From the IMG/VR virus record IMGVR_UViG_3300016467_000772, positions 1-33,957 of that record: 33,957 nucleotides of DNA; one strand, given 5' to 3'. Under the pieces are notes generated by a model. The model saw only the letters and a program-made list of their open reading frames with translations. It did no database searches and had not been told where the DNA came from. This document shows, in pieces, positions 29,301 to 33,957 of this stretch. Position 1 is the first letter of the stretch, and each line of letters opens with the position of its first letter. A program made the position numbers and the translations under genes. This stretch comes from a virus. Its lineage: Duplodnaviria > Caudoviricetes.

Positions 29301-29614
29301 ATAGCCAGCTGAACATCGACGACGACATTGCTCGTTATGGGGGTGCAGAAAGCTTCTCCCAACAAGACCGCTGGACGGCACGCAGGCAGCTATCTGGTGT
29401 CGATGCCGATCGCTACATCGCGGGCCGCCGGTTCATGATGGCATCAAGAATCTTGGCAGGCATCAACAGCGAGGCCGGCCGCCGCCGAGAGGAGCGCTAC
29501 AGCGATCCCCGGTTCGAGGATTGGATCAAGCCAGAACATGGCGAATACGACAGATGGGTATGGGGGCTGAACAACGTCTTCAAGGCCGTTCGCATCAGGA
29601 GAGGGCGCCAGTGA
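26375..29614 (+). CDS. tripartite modular protein with JAB/MPN-like domain
   Basis: Three units, each opened by R-x-D-A-L plus a Cys module (26510-26545, 27389-27433, 28487-28540); middle unit has 'EE...VTHNHP...FSPGD', a JAMM-like HxH...SxxD. Confidence 0.8.
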   Translation: MKTASLAARLDALQARLDARRRAEAPGQMGLDFTAPAPAPGGGEKCGGSWIDPKKECHKGPGGAIPERPSEARRSKPKERISFPDPIVGPTGAKLTGYTWQWTLTEDLDHRGEPVEKRVSDWEKSIASVETGRNVVHQFDVEVNGETRTVSAESALKLMGFISDADRKAFGSIKSGARTVARLRMAQQELDQREKAWQKDWDAVEASPRPPLEVGEWEEVSAAGRSGAYRRRAWRAGDIEDYQIWNELGAFPDQDQAAHVWVQWKAKEMERRGWDYTGQRKRSMQSSIERQRDDLTKRLAKAEAKLKALTGSGSTMAADGRGDSADRIDALQARMDRRCQRPDGSYYGTSGECKKGKQAGAVAAAKKAAPRAPRTPAVKTRAKAAPATKATPAAKAAAVARAAKKAPPADPAASAAKKAASRATNGPAAPAAKTRAKATKATKAAPAVTSSPLKNIRDEAAVQRQLLTEEAKIRKLPEENIVVISPKGKVLYRGTEGDSNHVAMGKGEGLYDDFLTVTHNHPEAGNQGYDAKVKGSQLTAGFSPGDLKSAIKRYMAEMRVVGATRAYSFKPSYSKIENVGLVVDRAKTFNQEIQTAYELGRSNRMRSEMEVSEKFAQRIKEAERQWWNPVKRRKAGRLKVMRDRSAQAMAATAHFREQASALRVLRDHGWDITSRRSRDLEAAPARRADRIDALEQRLDALKRKCQTGYGCGSACISVKKECRSSPSAAISKERIRRLEQLAKGEIKPRGIGTPKPGEAAALASGLRAARSGKAGSLRDQRKAAAAAKAAATEQPERPQRTRRAPGTSRPPKDPNRKPGVKVLLRRAKPGGEYGPDGHWYPGGAWISEGSYVGAKPQGEGEAAGNAGKGKPGGGEERVIRPRRPRFPERPLQPRGEGLPQPAGLKKIATKNDEIFFGRDGFIRYPQPKGAPGLEGTLFEAAVIQRMTTEELKWATEQIRQRVEASGDQNTKDWFRDSQLNIDDDIARYGGAESFSQQDRWTARRQLSGVDADRYIAGRRFMMASRILAGINSEAGRRREERYSDPRFEDWIKPEHGEYDRWVWGLNNVFKAVRIRRGRQ
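28438..28542 (+). repeat. 105-nt near-identical dispersed repeat, copy 1
   Basis: Matches 29634-29738 with one mismatch (G28503 vs C29699); encodes DRIDALEQRLDALKRKCQTGYxCGSACISVKKEC. Confidence 0.9.
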
Positions 29615-31014
29615 CCCACCAGCAGACCACCAGCGACCGCATCGACGCCCTGGAGCAGCGCCTGGATGCCCTGAAGCGGAAATGCCAGACCGGCTACGCC
29701 TGTGGCTCGGCGTGCATCAGCGTCAAGAAGGAATGTCGGAGCAACCCGCAGGACAGCCTGAGCAAGGAGCGTGCTCAGCGCCTGATGGCCCTGGCCAAGG
29801 GTGAGATCAAGCCACGGGGCGCATTCGGCCTGAAGCCCGAGCAGGCCGGCGAGCTGGCGATGGGGATCAACAAGTTCCAGCGCACCGGCATCAAGCCCGA
29901 CTGGCACGCCGAGCCGGGCACCGATGCCGGTGCGGCCGACGAGCTGGATGTGAGCACACCAGAGGCTCGCATGGCATTCATGAAGACAATTCGCCAGCGA
30001 TCTGTCGCCCGCCCTGGCGCCACCTACGACGGCGGCTCCATGGCGGCTGGTCTGCTGAAGCTCTGCGATGAACCCGGCGAGACGGGCCGTCAGGCGCGGC
30101 GGGTGGCCAAGTTCCTGCGGGACAGCAACATCGTCACGGTCGTTGATCGCGTCCGGCCTACGAGCCGCCGCGGCAACGACGCGAACACCGTCGTCCAGGA
30201 GAAAGAGGTCAAGCACCTGCTGACGAAGGAGGCCATTGGTCTATTGGGAGAACGTTCCCCGTTGATCAAGCGGATCGCCGATAGCATCACCTACAGCAAC
30301 GACCTAATTAGGCATCACCGCCGATCGCTCAAGGAGCTAAAGATCAGCATCGAGGAAGACAAGAAGATGGGCTGGGACACGCTGGAGGTTACGAAAGAGG
30401 CAGTCAAGCACCACAAGGAAGGGCTGAAGATGGCGCAGGAAGACAGGGCGATCATGTACCGATCACTGACGCACCTGACACAAGGCAAGCCTGAGGCTCA
30501 TGGCATGGCAACCCGTGAGGGTCTGCTGCTGATGCGAGACGATCCCGATTACGATCAGCCGTGGTCGCCAACGGGCTACAGCGCTGCTGACATGAGCGCA
30601 GCTGCCCGCCGTCACCTCATAGCAGGCAAAAAAACGTCGCACTTTGCTGTAAGCCATTCAGGCAATACATGGTCAGAGAAGACGCTGGGAACCTACGTCC
30701 ACGAGCTTGGTCACATGGTTCACTTCGCATCCGGCGACGCCCGGAACACGCTGGCCGTTCTGCCGTTTGAGCTGCAAACAAGAATCCGCGAAAAGGACGA
30801 CACCAATCCGCTCAGCCCCTTGATCGGCAAGCCGGAGTATTTCGTTAGTGACTACTCCAGGACGAACAGGCTGGAGCTGTTCGCTGAAACCTTCACCGCC
30901 TTTGTCCTGGCGCCGGAGCAGCTGCGAAAGCAGCAGCCGGATCTCTACAACTGGGTTGACGACACCCTCCGCCGCGCTCAGCAGTCGCCGCAGCTGCCGC
31001 AGGGCCGAGCATGA
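29611..31014 (+). CDS. modular protein: leader + Cys module + zincin metallopeptidase
   Basis: Start GTG 29611 (GTGA overlap); Cys module 29683-29736; 'YVHELGHMVH' (30700-30714) and 'VSDYSRTNRLELFAETF', as in anthrax-LF/MPTase-like zincins. Confidence 0.85.
   Translation: MTHQQTTSDRIDALEQRLDALKRKCQTGYACGSACISVKKECRSNPQDSLSKERAQRLMALAKGEIKPRGAFGLKPEQAGELAMGINKFQRTGIKPDWHAEPGTDAGAADELDVSTPEARMAFMKTIRQRSVARPGATYDGGSMAAGLLKLCDEPGETGRQARRVAKFLRDSNIVTVVDRVRPTSRRGNDANTVVQEKEVKHLLTKEAIGLLGERSPLIKRIADSITYSNDLIRHHRRSLKELKISIEEDKKMGWDTLEVTKEAVKHHKEGLKMAQEDRAIMYRSLTHLTQGKPEAHGMATREGLLLMRDDPDYDQPWSPTGYSAADMSAAARRHLIAGKKTSHFAVSHSGNTWSEKTLGTYVHELGHMVHFASGDARNTLAVLPFELQTRIREKDDTNPLSPLIGKPEYFVSDYSRTNRLELFAETFTAFVLAPEQLRKQQPDLYNWVDDTLRRAQQSPQLPQGRA
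29634..29738 (+). repeat. 105-nt near-identical dispersed repeat, copy 2
   Basis: Matches 28438-28542. Confidence 0.9.
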
Positions 31015-31283
31015 TGGCAACAGCACCCGCGCAGTCGACCGTGTTCAATGCCGCCACCAGGGAGGCCCTGCTGGCCTGGCTGGTCAGTTACCGATCAGCC
31101 AAGGGCAGCGAGCGAAAGCGCCTGGGCATGCAGGTTGAGGCCCACACCGCCATGGCGGACGGTGCGCAAGATCAGATCTGGCTGGCGGTGCTTCACGCCA
31201 ACGCCGAGACCAATACACCGGTCGATGCCGTTGCCGCTGAGGCCGATCGCGTTGCCGCAGCGGCAGCAGGCGGCACCCCTTGA
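31011..31283 (+). CDS. small helical protein downstream of zincin (candidate partner/immunity)
   Basis: 90 aa, 4-nt overlaps at both ends. Confidence 0.6.
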   Translation: MMATAPAQSTVFNAATREALLAWLVSYRSAKGSERKRLGMQVEAHTAMADGAQDQIWLAVLHANAETNTPVDAVAAEADRVAAAAAGGTP

Positions 31284-32644
31284 AATCGCGCCTGGCCACC
31301 CTGACCGCCCGGCTGGATGCCCTGCAGGCCCGGCTGGATGCCCGCCGCCGCGCCGAGGCCCCCGGTCAGATGGCGCTGGATCTCACCGGCGCCAGCACCG
31401 GCCAGAAGTGTGGCGACGGCTGGATCAGCCCCCGGAAGGAATGCCGCAAGGGTGCGGCCGGCGGTGCCGCTGAGGTCTCGGCTCCGGCCAACAGCCGGTT
31501 CATGCAGCTGCACCAGGAGACGCAGGCCCGCAAGGCTGCCGCGGCCGAGCAGCGGGCGGCCACTGCCAAGGCCAGGGCAGCAGCCGATCGCAAGACAGCG
31601 CAGCAGGCCGCCGCGGGTGCGATGCCGGTGGTCGTCACCCAGCTGGACAACGGCGAATTGCGCTTCAACGGGCGCCCCGCCAAGAAGGCCCTGGGCAGCG
31701 GCGCCTTTGGTGATACCTGGATGGTCGACACGCCGGCCGGGCCGGCCGTGGTCAAGGTGGACCGGTTGACCAATGGCGACCCGCTGGATCGCAGCCACAC
31801 CCCGCCCGATCGCGCCACGCAGCGCCGCAACATGGTTGAACGCGAGCGGGCCAACATGGAGCGGGCTCACGCGCTCGGCCTGGGGCCGCGGCCACTCGGA
31901 CCGGTTCAGAGGCTTCTCGATGGCCGGCTGGCCTTTGCCTATGCCATGGATCCCGGCGTCAAGCTGGCCGCTGATCACAGGGCTATGGAGCCGACCCCGG
32001 AAGCGGCAGAGGTGTTGCGCCAGCCTGGGGCTCTGGCGCGTTACGCCGCCGGTGTTGCCCGCATCGCCCGCACCATGGCCGATGCCGGCTTCGATCACGG
32101 CGACCTGCACGGCGGCAACATCCTGATCGGCGCCGATGGCACGCCATCGCTGATCGACTGGGGCATGGCAGAGCAGAAGAAGAATGCCCTACCCCATGAG
32201 CGGGCCATGATCGAGGCCGCGGCACTAGCCGTGCTCGGCAACCATCTGGTGAAGATCAACGAGCAGATCAACGGTCCAGACCCCACCGGCCGGATGGTGC
32301 GGCGCAAGCCGACCATTGACCACTTGCTCGGCCACGTCATGAGCATGGTCTGGAAGGCACCCAAGGCCTACAAGGCTGTGACCGATGCCTTTGACAAGGA
32401 GCAGAGCCGGAGCGGTGCCTACAAGGTGCCCGGCACCATCCCTGAACTCTTCAGAAAGATGCACAAGCTGGCCGAGAGCGGCGTCGACATTGACGAGGCC
32501 GAACGGATGGTGGGCCTTCTGCCGCCGCTGCCCGATGCGGTCAAGGCAAAGGCCGCGGCAGCTCGCGATCGTGTCTTTGGCCCCCGGCACCTGGAGCGCT
32601 TCCGCCGCGCTATTGATCAGCACTACGCCGCCCTGTTGCCGTGA
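31280..32644 (+). CDS. modular protein: leader + CGxxWI module + protein-kinase-like domain
   Basis: CGDGWISPRKEC 31409-31444; Gly loop 'LGSGAFG', 'AVVK', catalytic 'HGDLHGGNILI', 'LIDWG'. Confidence 0.88.
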   Translation: MKSRLATLTARLDALQARLDARRRAEAPGQMALDLTGASTGQKCGDGWISPRKECRKGAAGGAAEVSAPANSRFMQLHQETQARKAAAAEQRAATAKARAAADRKTAQQAAAGAMPVVVTQLDNGELRFNGRPAKKALGSGAFGDTWMVDTPAGPAVVKVDRLTNGDPLDRSHTPPDRATQRRNMVERERANMERAHALGLGPRPLGPVQRLLDGRLAFAYAMDPGVKLAADHRAMEPTPEAAEVLRQPGALARYAAGVARIARTMADAGFDHGDLHGGNILIGADGTPSLIDWGMAEQKKNALPHERAMIEAAALAVLGNHLVKINEQINGPDPTGRMVRRKPTIDHLLGHVMSMVWKAPKAYKAVTDAFDKEQSRSGAYKVPGTIPELFRKMHKLAESGVDIDEAERMVGLLPPLPDAVKAKAAAARDRVFGPRHLERFRRAIDQHYAALLP

Positions 32645-32940
32645 ACGCCACCCCTGCCCACATCACCGCCTGGGCGGCCTACAAGCAGGCGGAAGGCCGC
32701 GGCGATCTGGTCGCCGCAGAGCGGTCCTATCGCGAATGGCTTGATCTGCTGTCAGGCTCGATCAGGAACGATGCCGCGCCCCCGATGACCGGTTCACAGG
32801 AGCAGAAGCCCGCCCCGGCTCCGAGCGATGCCGGCGGCGGCATCGACTGGAGCAACGTGGCCAGCGAGGTCGGGATCATGCTGGCGCTGAATCCTCAGGC
32901 GGGCTCTGATCAGGAGGAAGAGCAAGAAGAGCCCGCGTGA
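32641..32940 (+). CDS. small acidic protein downstream of kinase
   Basis: 99 aa, GTGA-coupled; contains 'RNDAA'. Confidence 0.6.
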   Translation: MNATPAHITAWAAYKQAEGRGDLVAAERSYREWLDLLSGSIRNDAAPPMTGSQEQKPAPAPSDAGGGIDWSNVASEVGIMLALNPQAGSDQEEEQEEPA

Positions 32941-33076
32941 TCGCATCCCGGAGGAAGGTGGAGCGATCGGGCATCGCCCGGACCCTGGCAGCAAGACTGA
33001 CCGGCAGGCGGCAACAGATCGGCCTTGAGTCCAACGGCTCGCCGCCGGCTTGGCTGAAGCGGTAGAGATCGCCCAT
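32876..33076 (-). CDS. RHH-like small DNA-binding protein
   Basis: From ATG 33076: 'EPLDSRPICCRLPVSLAARVRAMPDRSTFLRDAITRAL', a beta-helix-helix pattern; overlaps the upstream gene end convergently. Confidence 0.55.
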   Translation of the reverse strand: MGDLYRFSQAGGEPLDSRPICCRLPVSLAARVRAMPDRSTFLRDAITRALLALPPDQSPPEDSAPA

Positions 33077-33217
33077 AGTGTCGTGTATCCGCGACCCTAT
33101 GGTAGGATTGCGGAGCGATCGAGAGAAACCGATCTGCAGGCCAGCCGGCAATAGGCCTTAAACCGTGCCGAACCGCCCCCAGTAGTCCGGGGGCACACCA
33201 TTCCGAAGTCAGCAGAC

Positions 33218-33862
33218 ATGAATGGCAACTATTCCCACCGCATCAGACGAGCGTGGTTCTCTGGGGGTGGCCAATTATCCCCGTGCATCCTCAGGAACCC
33301 GACGCCTAGTTCCGACGAGCTGCAGTTGCTGCGCCGCATTCGCCCACACCTTCGCAATTTCAGCGCCGACGAGGCGGGACTGCTCTACCTGCAAGAGCGC
33401 ATTTCAAAGATAAAGGCAGTCATTCATGGCGACAAGAAAAACAAGGGGCGAGGAGGCCTGATCAAGCGATGCTCTTCTCTAATTCGCGATCTTGAGAAAA
33501 GCCGCCGCAAGCCGCTTCGCTCGTTCCCTGACCCGCTGAGCGATGACGCAGGCATCGTCTACCTGCTGCACAGCCCTAGCCATCGGGCTTGGAAGATAGG
33601 GAAGTCGAGCGGGGTTGACCCGACGCGGCGCCTGATTCAGATCCGCGAAGGAAGTAGCGCAGAGGATGCTGAGCTAATTTGCTTCATCCAACTGGTCAGC
33701 GAGCGCAATGCTCGGAGGCTTGAGCACTCCCTGCACCAGCGCTACGCCGCTGACCGTTACGACGGGATCAAAGGCGACGGATCAAGCGAGTGGTTCCGAT
33801 GTGCGGATCTGCCTGGGCATTTTGCGGAAATGATCCGCCGGCAGCAGGCAGCCCGGGCCTAG
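33218..33862 (+). CDS. GIY-YIG superfamily (T5orf172/MUG113-like) nuclease domain protein
   Basis: 'IVYLL...WKIGKS...RRLIQI...LEHSLHQRY...SEWFR'. Confidence 0.8.
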   Translation: MNGNYSHRIRRAWFSGGGQLSPCILRNPTPSSDELQLLRRIRPHLRNFSADEAGLLYLQERISKIKAVIHGDKKNKGRGGLIKRCSSLIRDLEKSRRKPLRSFPDPLSDDAGIVYLLHSPSHRAWKIGKSSGVDPTRRLIQIREGSSAEDAELICFIQLVSERNARRLEHSLHQRYAADRYDGIKGDGSSEWFRCADLPGHFAEMIRRQQAARA

Positions 33863-33900
33863 CGCCGCGTTTGCGCGGGCGATGTGCTACATTAGCGAAA

Positions 33901-33934
33901 TGAACAGAAGAGCCGGCGAAGCCGCCTCTGTTCA
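33901..33934. terminator. hairpin, possible terminator or regulatory stem-loop
   Basis: TGAACAGA (33901-33908) pairs with TCTGTTCA (33927-33934) around an inner CGGC-GAA-GCCG stem; no clear U-tract. Confidence 0.4.
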
Positions 33935-33957
33935 ACAAGGCATTGAAAACGAAGCTC

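Larger units (their letters stand above)
1..33957. mobile_element. temperate tailed phage / prophage segment
   Basis: Initiator, serine integrase, TerS/TerL, portal and MuF present; no host housekeeping genes recognised. Confidence 0.9.

Noticed and set aside
28438-29738. 105-nt repeat pair as a diversity-generating retroelement TR/VR
   Set aside because: The single mismatch is G/C rather than adenine-specific, both copies are coding leaders, and no reverse transcriptase is seen in the window.
22500-29740. Dispersed repeats as a CRISPR array
   Set aside because: Copies are in-frame coding, kb apart and irregularly spaced; no cas genes.
23356-29740. Leader plus Cys segments as RiPP precursor peptides
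   Set aside because: They are parts of large multidomain proteins, and no modifying enzymes or transporters are present.
17500-32700. Many long antisense or alternate-frame ORFs (e.g. 18886-19788, 21947-22795, 26276-27151, 31193-32110)
   Set aside because: Shadow ORFs expected in GC-rich DNA; they overlap well-supported plus-strand genes and lack motifs.
1-33957. tRNA, rRNA or structured ncRNA genes
   Set aside because: None recognisable by eye and intergenic space is minimal; tRNAscan-SE/Infernal would be needed to exclude them.

Overview
GC-rich temperate phage or prophage segment. The host is probably a picocyanobacterium (Synechococcus/Cyanobium-like); this is inferred from the sigma factor, RHH and DUF3288-like genes. 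Gene order: replication module (HTH initiator with internal iteron-like repeats, ~1-3.9 kb); opposite-strand large serine recombinase; ParB-like protein, small and large terminase; XRE regulator; phage-encoded RpoD-type sigma factor; DUF1073-type portal with a long C-terminal extension; SPP1 gp7/MuF head protein; a few secreted and small accessory genes. The most unusual part is a ~15.5 kb array (17.4-32.9 kb) of co-oriented, mostly translationally coupled modular proteins. They share repeated short modules: an (R-x-D-A-L)n leader, a C-x5-C-x3-C-x6-C Cys module (8 copies), a CGxxWIxxxKEC variant (3 copies) and R-x-D-[S/A] motifs at domain borders. Each carries a different effector-like domain: J-domain, zeta-toxin P-loop, ParB-like, GNAT-like, LPD1 zincin, JAB/MPN-like, HExxH zincin, protein kinase. 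My reading (inference) is a shufflable, capsid-loaded, protease-processed effector array. An A10 tract frameshift gates the zeta-toxin module. No capsid, protease or tail genes, RNA genes or CRISPR array were recognised. All family calls come from motif recognition by eye, not database searches.
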